Shown piece after piece: positions 41,410 to 50,384 of a DNA stretch of 64,000 nucleotides. This stretch comes from Candidatus Latescibacterota bacterium. Its GTDB lineage: Bacteria; Latescibacterota; UBA2968; GCA-2709665. The stretch is taken from positions 384,001 through 448,000 of the forward strand of contig OZ244937.1 in the NCBI GenBank assembly GCA_965222075.1. The letters run 5' to 3'. Made by a program: the position numbers and the translations under genes. Positions within the stretch are counted from its first letter, which is position 1. The number at the start of each line of letters is the position of its first letter. The notes below the pieces were generated by a model that worked only from the letters and a program-made list of their open reading frames with translations, made no database searches and was not told where the DNA came from.

Positions 41410-42717
41410 CTATGGGATGTTGAGGGACCGCCGCACGGCGCCGTGTATCCGGTCTTCGGTGGCTGCCACGTAGGGCCCCGTGCGTTTCCAGTATTGCTGG
41501 CTGAACCAGACTTCGTAGCCGCCTTCGGGGATCTGACGTTTGACGGGGACATAGCCGACGATGTTGTTCGTATAGGCCATAACCAGAACGTTGTCAAAGT
41601 GAGGGCCCAGTTCCCTTTTCAGGCGCAGGCCGTGCTCCACGGTCATTTCCGCGGCGAGCGTGACCAGGGCCAGAGCGTTGCCGAAACGCGCGGTTTGAAC
41701 TTCGAATGGGATGGTCGTGGGGACGGGGATATTGCTTTCAACGCATTCGAGCAGGTGTTGCGCCCAGGCCCGGACAAACGCCCGGTCGTCATTCAGGCTG
41801 ATTTTTACCAGGTCCATGTCGATGGGTTCGGTTTCCAGGCCGAGGATGGTCTGGTTGACGGAAATCGGACCGGTTACCGGCTGGAGGGCATCGGAGGCGA
41901 CGATGCGGGCCACGGATTGGCCCAACCGGACGCCGATGTCACGGATTTCACCGATGTCCCGCGGTACGAAAACCTCCGACGCGGGGTCGACGGGTTCTGT
42001 TTTTTGATCTCCGGCGCAGCCCTGGAGGAAAAAGGCGGTGACACCGGGGTCGATTGCTTCCACGTGGTCATAGGCAAAACAGACGTAGTCGCCGCCGATG
42101 AGGGTGCCGCTGCGGCTGGTGGGATGACACGCATAGCTGAAGATGACGCTTCGAAGCCCGCCGTCGGGAGATTCAACGACAAGGACGGGCACGTCGTGGT
42201 CGTGAGGCGCTTCGACACAGGGTTTCCACTCGACGCAGCCTTTGCCGTCGGGCTTTCGGCGGGATACGGCGATATCACATTTTCCGGTCCCAAAACGAAG
42301 ACGCGCGGAACGCCGGGTTTCCCAGGCCGCACTTGCGCAACGGGTGACCCTGTCCATAAGTGCCTCGATGTACTTCTCGTCCAGTTCGCCGTGGCGGTGG
42401 CGGTCCATTTCCCGGATGCAGGGGCCGCAGTGGGTGTGCGATCCGCTGAGGATGATGGCGGCGGGTTCGATGCCTGTGGCGGCGGCAATGCGGGATCGCA
42501 CCTGGTCCGTGCGTTCATAGAAGCCGAGGATTTCAGCGCTGACGATGAGCAAAGGGGTTGTGCCGTCGTCTATGGCGATGGCGTTGGCTTTCAGGGGATG
42601 GTAGACGGCTGTGGAGGGTTCCTTGCGGGCGGCGAATCCAGCCAGATGGATGCCGACCGGCGGCGTGATGTCTGCGCCACCGACGCCGATGCGGTAGGTG
42701 TGGTTGGACAGCGACAT
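41410..42717 (-). CDS. Neutral/alkaline ceramidase-like hydrolase
   Basis: DITPPVG..LAGF..R, SHTHCGP, YACHPT, FLQGCAGD, GYVP..EGGYE. Confidence 0.8.
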   Translation of the reverse strand: MSLSNHTYRIGVGGADITPPVGIHLAGFAARKEPSTAVYHPLKANAIAIDDGTTPLLIVSAEILGFYERTDQVRSRIAAATGIEPAAIILSGSHTHCGPCIREMDRHRHGELDEKYIEALMDRVTRCASAAWETRRSARLRFGTGKCDIAVSRRKPDGKGCVEWKPCVEAPHDHDVPVLVVESPDGGLRSVIFSYACHPTSRSGTLIGGDYVCFAYDHVEAIDPGVTAFFLQGCAGDQKTEPVDPASEVFVPRDIGEIRDIGVRLGQSVARIVASDALQPVTGPISVNQTILGLETEPIDMDLVKISLNDDRAFVRAWAQHLLECVESNIPVPTTIPFEVQTARFGNALALVTLAAEMTVEHGLRLKRELGPHFDNVLVMAYTNNIVGYVPVKRQIPEGGYEVWFSQQYWKRTGPYVAATEDRIHGAVRRSLNIP

Positions 42718-42798
42718 ACAAAATGCTCCTTATCGGTAGATACCCGGGTCCAACTGTTCTTTTGCTCCTGGCCTTTTTGTCCGCAATACCCGTTGGAT

Positions 42799-44019
42799 TT
42801 ATTCCTTTTTTTGAAATACTGCGTTCCAATCAATACGCGCGGTGAATTGCATGGCGGCGAACAGGGTGATAATGCACAACAGGGTAATGGTCAAGCCCGT
42901 GTAGCCGGAAAAGAAAAAGGTGTATGAAAACAGCACGAGGTAAACGAATTGTCCCAGGCCAATTTCTACGAAAGCCAGGCGCGTGCCCAGGACCAGCCGC
43001 ATATACGAGGTCACGAGAAAAATGGAGACCGCCGAGGCAAGGACAAAGGCGTAGTGAATGATCAGATGGTCAACCAGATAGGCCAGCAACAGGTGGAAAC
43101 TGAAAAAGGCGGCACCGATGAAGAAATAGTGCATCGGGTGCAGATTGAGGCCGCGCACGATGGCAAAGATAAAGAGTAGAAAGAAAAAGAGAAAGAGGGA
43201 AATCGGAGCGGCGGAGACGACCTGGCTGACCCAGGGACCGGGATTGAGACGGGCCGGCAGGATCATCCCTATGTCAATACCGGTGAGCAGGTGGTCGTAA
43301 TGCCACGTCAGGGTCCAGGCATCGCCATTACGGGTTTTGGCGGTGGGGGACATGCTATCCTGGGGAAAGTCAATGGCGTCGAAGTCGGTACGCATCACCA
43401 GCTCGAAGTCCGATACCTGGTTGACATGGTGCCCAAAACTGTACCGCCATTGATCCATGCCCTGCGAGCGATAGGACAGGGCGATGGTTTGTTCCTGCCC
43501 GGGGTGCAGATGGATCGATTGGATGAGATGCCCGGCGCGAATCGGAAGATCGTCAACGGGCTGCTCGTCAACGGTTAGCGTGAACGCATCGTACACGGCG
43601 CGAGGTGCGGGCAGTTCCAAATCGAAGTCCACGGTCAGGCTCTGGTCGGTGGTATTGCTCAAGGTGTACGAGGCCGCGAATTGGACTTGATAGGTTGCGT
43701 ACCACAGCAAGCCCTTGCGCCGGTGCTCCAGGCACAGGTCAACTTCAATGCGACTGGCCTTCATCGTCAGAAAGCGTTTTTCTTCTACTGTGCGCAAGAT
43801 GGCTTCACCCATGGCATTGGTTTCGATATGGGTGACGCGATCCAACTGGTAGATTTGCGGTGCCTGCTGCGTCTGCGCCGTACCCCAGAGGTGCCCCACG
43901 GCACTTTTGAGCTTGTCGTCCTGTTTCTCAGTGCGGAAGTGGACGGTTTCACTCAAAATAACCCAGCCGACTGTTATGCAAAGGTAAATAAAGCCAATGG
44001 CGGCAATGCGTTGTACCAT
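42799..44019 (-). CDS. CreD-like inner membrane protein
   Basis: N-terminal TM, periplasmic domain, LHPMHY..IGAAF..FHLLL.YL and C-terminal TM bundle. Confidence 0.7.
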   Translation of the reverse strand: MVQRIAAIGFIYLCITVGWVILSETVHFRTEKQDDKLKSAVGHLWGTAQTQQAPQIYQLDRVTHIETNAMGEAILRTVEEKRFLTMKASRIEVDLCLEHRRKGLLWYATYQVQFAASYTLSNTTDQSLTVDFDLELPAPRAVYDAFTLTVDEQPVDDLPIRAGHLIQSIHLHPGQEQTIALSYRSQGMDQWRYSFGHHVNQVSDFELVMRTDFDAIDFPQDSMSPTAKTRNGDAWTLTWHYDHLLTGIDIGMILPARLNPGPWVSQVVSAAPISLFLFFFLLFIFAIVRGLNLHPMHYFFIGAAFFSFHLLLAYLVDHLIIHYAFVLASAVSIFLVTSYMRLVLGTRLAFVEIGLGQFVYLVLFSYTFFFSGYTGLTITLLCIITLFAAMQFTARIDWNAVFQKKE

Positions 44020-44060
44020 AGCAATTTATCCGTACTGTCAGAGCGGCATCCCTGCCGCGA

Positions 44061-45092
44061 TCACCTTGTCAGGTTGACCACAACCCTGCCTTTTTGTCCG
44101 CCCCGTAAGATGCGTTGTATTTCGGGTTCGAGGGTTTCCAGCGTGCGTTCCGTAACCAGGCGGTGCAACGCGTCGATTTTCCAGGGCCCCGCGATTTTTT
44201 GCCACAGGTATATTCGTTCGGGCATGGGACATTCGGCGGAGTCGATGCCATGGAGGCTGACGCCCCTCAGGATGAACGGATAGACGGTGGTGTTGAGATC
44301 GGCGGAAGCAACGAGGCCGCAGCATGTGACAATGCCGCGGTGCCGTGTGGACTTGAGGGCGGTTGCCAGGATGTTGCCCCCCGCGGTATCCACGACGCCT
44401 GCCCAGCGTTCCTTCAAGAGTGGCCGTCCACCTGCCTGCGCGGCGCACCGCGCTGCAGGCAGGTCGGCATCGTTGACGACATTTCGATCCACGACTGCGG
44501 TCGCGCCGAGGTCGTACAGGAACTGCGCCTCGTGGGTCTTGCCTGTGGCGGCGACAACCGTGTAACCCAGCTGGGCGAGGATAGCGACGGCGAGGCTGCC
44601 GACGCCGCCGGTGGCGCCGGTGACGAGGATCTCGCCGTGGTCGGGAGCAACGCCGTGGTGTTCCAGTTTGCGTACGGACATGGCGGCGGTGAATCCGGCG
44701 GTGCCGCAGGCCATGGACTCGCGTAAGGTGAGACCGTGGGGCAGCGGGACGATCCATCCGGCAGGCACGCGGATGTACTGGCCGAATCCGCCGGGTGTGT
44801 TCATGCCCAGGTCGTAGCCTGTGACGATGACCTCGTCGCCGGGTTGGAAGTTGTCATCCGCGCTTTCTTCCACAACGCCGGAGGCGTCGATGCCGGGCGT
44901 ATGCGGATAGCGCCTGGTGACGCCGCGGTGGCCTGTGGCGGAGAGGGCGTCTTTGTAGTTGAGGGAGGAGTAGTGGGTCCTGATCAGGACATCGCCCGGG
45001 GGCAGGTCATCGATGGATGGGTGCTCGACGCGTCGAACATAGGCGTCGTTCTCGTGGTGCACGACCAGAGCTTTGAAGCTTTGATGCGACAT
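44061..45092 (-). CDS. YhdH/AcuI family quinone oxidoreductase (acryloyl-CoA reductase-like) with a 33-bp insertion
   Basis: YSSLNYKDAL, GTAGFTA, TGATGGVGS, PFILRGVSL.GIDS; insert LPAARCAAQAG. Confidence 0.92.
   Translation of the reverse strand: MSHQSFKALVVHHENDAYVRRVEHPSIDDLPPGDVLIRTHYSSLNYKDALSATGHRGVTRRYPHTPGIDASGVVEESADDNFQPGDEVIVTGYDLGMNTPGGFGQYIRVPAGWIVPLPHGLTLRESMACGTAGFTAAMSVRKLEHHGVAPDHGEILVTGATGGVGSLAVAILAQLGYTVVAATGKTHEAQFLYDLGATAVVDRNVVNDADLPAARCAAQAGGRPLLKERWAGVVDTAGGNILATALKSTRHRGIVTCCGLVASADLNTTVYPFILRGVSLHGIDSAECPMPERIYLWQKIAGPWKIDALHRLVTERTLETLEPEIQRILRGGQKGRVVVNLTR
44431..44463. repeat. 33-bp palindromic insertion element inside the yhdH/acuI-like gene
   Basis: CCTGCCTGC-gcggcgcaccgcgct-GCAGGCAGG. 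Confidence 0.9.
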
Positions 45093-45123
45093 AGGCGGTT
45101 CCGTGTGTGACGCTGTGGCATTT

Positions 45124-46263
45124 TCAGGATAGGAATCGTGTGATTTGATAGGCGTCGATATCGGTTGTGAGGTCTTTGTTCAGCATGAGGTCGGCGATGA
45201 GTTTGCCGCTGTACGGGCCCAGCTGCAGGCCGGTGGGCCCATGCCCGGTTGCGAGGTAGACGTTCCGGATGTTGGGGACGGGTCCGAGTACGGGCAGGAA
45301 GTCTTCCGTGCAGGGGCGCAGGCCAACGCGAATTTCACGGATTTCAGCCGCGGCCAGGCCGGGCGCCACCCGGAGCGCTTCGGCGAGGACCTCCCGGACC
45401 CCGGCGGCCGTGGTGTGGGGTTCGAAACCGGATCCGGTTTCGCGCGTGGCGCCGACGACCACCCGATTGTCCGGCCAGGGCACCATGTAGTGGCCGCGAA
45501 GGGCGTTGATGATGCACCACGACGAAGTATCGGTGGTGGCGGGCAGGCCCAGGTGGATGATCTGACCGCGCTGGGGTTCTACAGGGATGTGAACGCTCAG
45601 CTGGTGGCCGAATGCGTGCGACCAGGCGCCGCCAGCGATCGCCACCTTGCCGGCTGAGATGGTCCGGCCGTCCGTGATGACACCGGTTACCGAGTCGTTT
45701 TCGGTGCGCAAGTGTTCAACGCTGGCGTGTTCGACGGCGAGTCCCCGGGCCTCGGCGGCACGGCGCAGGGCGGCTGTCAGGAGTCGGCCGTCAACGCGGG
45801 CGGCCTCACGGTAGTAGATGGCGCCCCGGACGTGGGCCAGGGCGGGGAAGCGGTTGCGGGCTTCTTCGGATGAGATTTCGTAGAGGTCTGCGGCAGCGGG
45901 CTCGCCGCGGTGACTCCGGCGGTTGAAAATGCGCCGGCGGGCAATGGCAAAGGGTTGCAGTTCGTCGTCCGAGACGGCGACGATCATCATGCCGCAGGTT
46001 GCAAAGCCGGTCTCGCCGTCCTGTTCGGCCCGCAGATTTTCGATCAGTCCGGGATAATATTTGACGGCAAGGGAGGCCAGACGCAGCCACGGGTCCGGGT
46101 CGCGGGTATTGGTGGCGGGAGACAGAATGCCCGCGCCCGCGTCGGTGGCGCGACCCGTGTCTTTCCGGTCGATGAGCAGGGTTCTGGCGCCGTCGCAGAC
46201 CAGGTGGTAGGCGGTGGACATGCCAACGATGCCGCCGCCGATGACAATGGCGTCATAAATCAT
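45124..46263 (-). CDS. FAD-dependent oxidoreductase (D-amino acid dehydrogenase/glycine oxidase family)
   Basis: MIYDAIVIGGGIVG, ATDAGAG, GLRP, ATGHGPTGL; the longer ORF upstream is repeat DNA. Confidence 0.9.
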   Translation of the reverse strand: MIYDAIVIGGGIVGMSTAYHLVCDGARTLLIDRKDTGRATDAGAGILSPATNTRDPDPWLRLASLAVKYYPGLIENLRAEQDGETGFATCGMMIVAVSDDELQPFAIARRRIFNRRSHRGEPAAADLYEISSEEARNRFPALAHVRGAIYYREAARVDGRLLTAALRRAAEARGLAVEHASVEHLRTENDSVTGVITDGRTISAGKVAIAGGAWSHAFGHQLSVHIPVEPQRGQIIHLGLPATTDTSSWCIINALRGHYMVPWPDNRVVVGATRETGSGFEPHTTAAGVREVLAEALRVAPGLAAAEIREIRVGLRPCTEDFLPVLGPVPNIRNVYLATGHGPTGLQLGPYSGKLIADLMLNKDLTTDIDAYQITRFLS

Positions 46264-46344
46264 TTTCGTCCTGTTCATCCATGTGAATAAAACGGAAGAG
46301 GGGAGCCGGTGATAACCGGACAGCTGCTTGGAAAATAGGCTTTG

Positions 46345-46670
46345 GGTCTCCGTCATCCCCAACCCCTCCACACCCCATGCCTTCGGCGAGGCCTTTTTCT
46401 TGATCGCCCAAGAAAAAGGCCGAAAAAGAAGGGCGCCGCTCAAACGCCGCGGGGGCTGCTTTTCCGCGAACCGTCCCTGTGGTGGAAACGGGCGTTTGTG
46501 CCCTGCGAACCTTTGGGGTGTTGCTGGACGGTGTTGCTGGACGGAAACGCGCGGAAAAGCCCCATCCCCCCGCACCAGCCCGCAGGCGCGCCGGTAGGGG
46601 GGTCGCAGAGACAAGACGCGGCAACGATTTTCATCATTATGGGTGCCCCGAAGGGGGCATGACAACTGCT
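46345..46670 (-). repeat. Repeat family A, copy 2 (inverted, no 33-bp insertions)
   Basis: Reverse-complement similarity to 6831-7270. Confidence 0.85.
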
Positions 46671-46777
46671 TTAAACATACGATACACCTCAGGTATTGGC
46701 AATAGAATTGTTGGAAATTTTCAGGGGACGGGTAACGGACGGACGGGGTGAAGACCTCGCCGAAGGCATGGGGATGA

Positions 46778-47070
46778 AGGGGCGGTTCGCGAACCGCCCC
46801 TACGGGATGGTGGATGTGGACGGGGTTTGGATTGTCGTAGTAGGGGCAACCCTCGTGGTTGCCCTTTCCCTGCGGGCGAGACGCCCATGCTCCCGGGAGC
46901 ATGACGGCCTTGTCCGACCATACCCTACCCCAACATGCGGGCGAGATCTGTCTGCCTGCGACGCACAGGCAGGCGCCCGCGCTCCCAGGGGGTCTCTTCT
47001 CACACAAACTGACAGTTTGTGCTACTGCCTGCCGAGCAGGTCCCGGTCTGCGTCATCGACGTCAGGCAGG
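46778..47070. repeat. Cluster of REP-like palindromes from several families
   Basis: GGGGCGGTTCGCGAACCGCCCCTAC (46778-46803), GTAGGGGCAACCCTCGTGGTTGCCCT (46840-46865), CACAAACTGACAGTTTGTGCTAC (47003-47025), 27-bp insert 46947-46973; 46878-46991 duplicated at 49175-49261. Confidence 0.8.
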
Positions 47071-47137
47071 TCCTGGATGATAAAATTGAAAGTAGAACTT
47101 GCATATTTCTCTCTTTTCCGGTACATTTGGCGGTACC

Positions 47138-48319
47138 ATGATCAAACGTGAGATTACGCCCCGTCTGGTCACGCTGTTTCAACAATACCCCTTTGTCACG
47201 GTGACCGGACCACGCCAGTCCGGCAAGACCACGCTCTGCCGCGCTGCGTTTCCCCATCTCAAATACGTCAACCTGGAAGCGCCCGACCAGCGGGAATTTG
47301 CCGAATCGGATCCCCGGGGTTTTCTATCGCGGCTGGGCGATGGCGCCATCCTGGATGAGATCCAGCGCGTACCGGAGCTCCTGTCCTACCTGCAGGTCCT
47401 GGCCGATGAGAAAGGCCGGAACAGCCTTTTCGTACTCACCGGTAGTGAGCAGTTCAGGCTTTCCGGTTCCATCAGCCAGTCGTTGGCAGGACGTACGGCG
47501 CTGCTCCGCCTGCTGCCGTTCTCGCTGGCCGAACGGCGCAGAACGGGCGCGAGCGACCGGGTGGACGACATCCTGTACTCCGGTTTCTATCCCCGGATTC
47601 ACGATCAGAAACTCGAGCCGCGTCAAGCGCTCGGCGATTACTTTGAAACCTACGTTGAGCGCGATGTGCGCCGAATCGGGGAGATCCGCAACCTCTCCAG
47701 TTTCCATCGATTCGTCCGCTTGTGCGCCGGGCGCGTAGGACAGCTGGCCAATCTCTCCTCTTTGGGCGCGGACGCCGGCGTCTCTCACACCACGGCGCGA
47801 CACTGGATCGCGATCCTGGAAGCGAGCTATGTGCTTTTCCAGCTCCCGCCGTTCTATGCCAACATTCGCAAGCGCCTGGTCAAATCACCCAAGCTCTACT
47901 TCTATGATGTCGGGCTGGCGAGCTATCTCATCGGCATCGAGCATGCCGGGCAGATTGCTACCCATCCCTTGCGCGGAGCGCTGTTCGAGAATGCGGTCGT
48001 GGCGGAGGCGCTCAAGCACCGGTTCAATCGGGGGCATCGATCCAATCTGTCTTTCTTCCGCGACACGCGGGGTTTAGAGTGCGACCTCCTGTATGAGAAT
48101 GGCAGCCGCATCGGCGCCATCGAGATCAAGTCCGGTGCTACCATTGCTTCTGATTACTTCGATGCGCTCAACCGGGTCGCAAAGCTGCTGCCGCAAATCT
48201 CCGTCCAGGCTGTCGTGTATGGAGGCGTGGATCGGCAATCCCGACGAGACGGCGAGGTGGTGGCGTTGGCAGACCTGAGTGACGTGCTCGAGCGCTTCGA
48301 CACACAGGATCGAGCCTGA
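47138..48319 (+). CDS. AAA+ ATPase with DUF4143 domain
   Basis: GPRQSGKT, LDEIQ, LTGS, KSPKLYFYDVGL, ECDLL..AIEIKS; TTGCAT-17-TACATT upstream. Confidence 0.9.
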   Translation: MIKREITPRLVTLFQQYPFVTVTGPRQSGKTTLCRAAFPHLKYVNLEAPDQREFAESDPRGFLSRLGDGAILDEIQRVPELLSYLQVLADEKGRNSLFVLTGSEQFRLSGSISQSLAGRTALLRLLPFSLAERRRTGASDRVDDILYSGFYPRIHDQKLEPRQALGDYFETYVERDVRRIGEIRNLSSFHRFVRLCAGRVGQLANLSSLGADAGVSHTTARHWIAILEASYVLFQLPPFYANIRKRLVKSPKLYFYDVGLASYLIGIEHAGQIATHPLRGALFENAVVAEALKHRFNRGHRSNLSFFRDTRGLECDLLYENGSRIGAIEIKSGATIASDYFDALNRVAKLLPQISVQAVVYGGVDRQSRRDGEVVALADLSDVLERFDTQDRA

Positions 48320-48414
48320 TGGATTTTCTCTGGCGATAGGTGGCGCTAAATCAGGCTAATTCAAATTTAAATATTGATATAGCCTATTTCCCTGCTATAC
48401 TCCGGGATCTACCG

Positions 48415-48470
48415 CATGGACAGGAAGAAAACTGAAGACTCTGAAATCCTGTTCATCCATGTGAATCAAT
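48415..48470. repeat. Degenerate family B copy
   Basis: CATGGACAGGAAG...CTGAAATCCTGTTCATCCATGTGAAT. Confidence 0.75.
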
Positions 48471-48491
48471 CAAACCAGAAGACGAGAGCTG

Positions 48492-48716
48492 GTGATGACC
48501 AGACAGTTGACAGCAATTATCGAACGCGAAGGCGATGGCTACGTCGCCCTCTGTCCTGAGCTGGACATTGCGAGTCAGGGATCAACCGTGGCTGAGGCTC
48601 GGGAAAATTTGAAGGAGGCATTGGAGTTGTTTTTCGAGACGGCTTCAGCCACCGAAATTCAGCAGCGGCTGCACGAGGAAGTGTACGTAACGCAGGTGGA
48701 GGTCGCAGTTGGCTAA
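48492..48716 (+). CDS. hicB: HicB-family antitoxin (copy 4); the following hicA is truncated after ~13 codons
   Basis: Closely similar to copies 1-3; MAKLRVLSGQEACG then unrelated and repeat A sequence. Confidence 0.83.
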   Translation: MMTRQLTAIIEREGDGYVALCPELDIASQGSTVAEARENLKEALELFFETASATEIQQRLHEEVYVTQVEVAVG

Positions 48717-48793
48717 ACTCCGAGTATTATCGGGCCAGGAAGCCTGCGGGTTGGCGCCCCTGCCTTGCCGTCTCCCCCGGTTTGGTGTGAAGG

Positions 48794-48989
48794 GAAGGGG
48801 CTTTTCCGTGCGGTTCCGTCCAGCACCACCGCCCAGGAACGCCTGGAAGGTCCGCAGGGCAGAAGCTTCCGTTTTCACCCCAGGGACAATTCGCGGAAAA
48901 GCAGCCTCCGCGGCGTTTGAGCGGCGCCCTTCTTTTTCGGCCTTTTTCTTGGGCGATCAAGAAAAAGGCCTCGCCGAAGGCATGGGGAT
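48794..48989 (+). repeat. Repeat family A, copy 3 (partial, empty sites)
   Basis: GAAGGGGCTTTTCCG...GCGGAAAAGCAGCC...GGCCTTTTTCTTGGGCGATCAAGAAAAAGGCCTCGCCGAAGGCATGGGG. Confidence 0.85.
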
Positions 48990-49312
48990 GTAGGGGCGGG
49001 GAGGGTTGCGGGTCTGTGGGTTGTTGCGCGGGCAGCAGTCACCACAAGCACCCCCCACCGCATCAGCCGTCGCCTGTCGGCTCGGCTTCTGCGACTCCCC
49101 CTCAAGGGGGGAGTGATGGGGGCCGCTTTGCCGGACTATCGAGCTCCCCTGGCGTCAAGCGATTTTCGAGGGTGAGACGCCCGTGCTCCCGGGAGCATGA
49201 CGGCCTTGTCCGACCATACCCTACCCCAACATGCGGGCGAGACGCCCGCGCTCCCAGGGGGGATCAAGGTCGCTACGCAGTGGTGGACAACACAGCAGAA
49301 AGGAGTTCGCTT

Positions 49313-50299
49313 ATGGAAACTGTTCGATTGGGTCTGGTCGGATCGGGCGGTATGGCCAAAAGCCGGGCCGCTGCTTTTTCGGCCCTGGAGGGCTGGCAGT
49401 TGACCGCTCTGGCCGCACGCAACCGGATCACGGGTGGCGAACTGGCCCGGCGGCACGAGGTTCAGCTGCTGTCCCATTGGCAGGATCTGATTGAGCGGGC
49501 CGATGTGGACGCCGTGGCGGTTTGCACCAACAACGACAGCCACGGTCCTGTTGCCCGGGCTGCCCTGGAGGCGGGTAAGCACGTATTTCTCGAATACCCG
49601 CTGGCGCGCCGCCTCGACGAAGGAAGCGCCCTGGTCGGCCTGGCGCATGCAACGGGCAAGGTGTTGCGCGTGGCCCATCCGGAGGTTGTGTCGGGCGAGC
49701 ACCGGCGGCTCAAAGAGGCGATGGGGTCGCTGGGTGGCCTGCTGGTGGCTTTGTTCGCCCGCTTGACTCCCGCGAGGGGGGCGCGGCCAGAGGTGCTGTT
49801 CAATATCCACATCTCGGGGCCGCCCTCACTGTTTTTCGTGTATCACGTGTACCCTCTGGTCGACCTGTTCGGTCCGGCGTCGTGGGTGGAGGGGTATACC
49901 CACTACGATGGGATGAATAGCGCGGGGACGTACGAGCGCTTTGTCAACCGGGCGGTGGTGGGTTTTGTGAGCGGCGGCACAGCGCAGTGGACCTGGGCAG
50001 GCGGTATCGCCATTGGCCGGGCCGAGCAGTACCAGCGGTTGGTGCTGGAGGGAGGAACGCTGGTTCACGAGGACGGGGGTTGGCGCCGCTCGACGACTGA
50101 GGGTATTGACGCGGTGCCGGCGGCGAAAGAAGGCGGTTCGCTGGAGAGTCTGTTCCTGGAAGAAGTGCTGGGGAAACGGGATGGTTGGCGCGCCGATCTG
50201 AGCACGGCGCTGGAAGCGGTCCGAATTGGCCTCGGCGCGGAGGTAGCGGCGGCGGAAGGTCGGCGGGTGCGTTTACCGGAAGACGCTGAAAGGGAGTAG
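49313..50299 (+). CDS. Gfo/Idh/MocA family oxidoreductase
   Basis: RLGLVGSGGMA, DVDAVAVCT, AGKHVFLEYPLA; RBS AAGGAG. Confidence 0.88.
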   Translation: METVRLGLVGSGGMAKSRAAAFSALEGWQLTALAARNRITGGELARRHEVQLLSHWQDLIERADVDAVAVCTNNDSHGPVARAALEAGKHVFLEYPLARRLDEGSALVGLAHATGKVLRVAHPEVVSGEHRRLKEAMGSLGGLLVALFARLTPARGARPEVLFNIHISGPPSLFFVYHVYPLVDLFGPASWVEGYTHYDGMNSAGTYERFVNRAVVGFVSGGTAQWTWAGGIAIGRAEQYQRLVLEGGTLVHEDGGWRRSTTEGIDAVPAAKEGGSLESLFLEEVLGKRDGWRADLSTALEAVRIGLGAEVAAAEGRRVRLPEDAERE

Positions 50300-50384
50300 G
50301 GCGAGAGGAGATGCAGTGGCGCTAAATTAGGCTGATTCAAATTCATATATTGATATAGCCTTATTTTTTGGTAGATTTTTCTTT

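Noticed and set aside
46264-47007. 248-aa N-terminal extension of the FAD oxidoreductase, and likewise 48917-49312 for the Gfo/Idh/MocA gene
   Set aside because: Made of stop-poor repeat DNA; the Rossmann motifs mark the true starts at 46263 and 49313
14854-48470. Family B repeats as a CRISPR array or canonical attC sites
   Set aside because: Spacing is hundreds to thousands of bp, and they lack RYYYAAC/GTTRRRY ends
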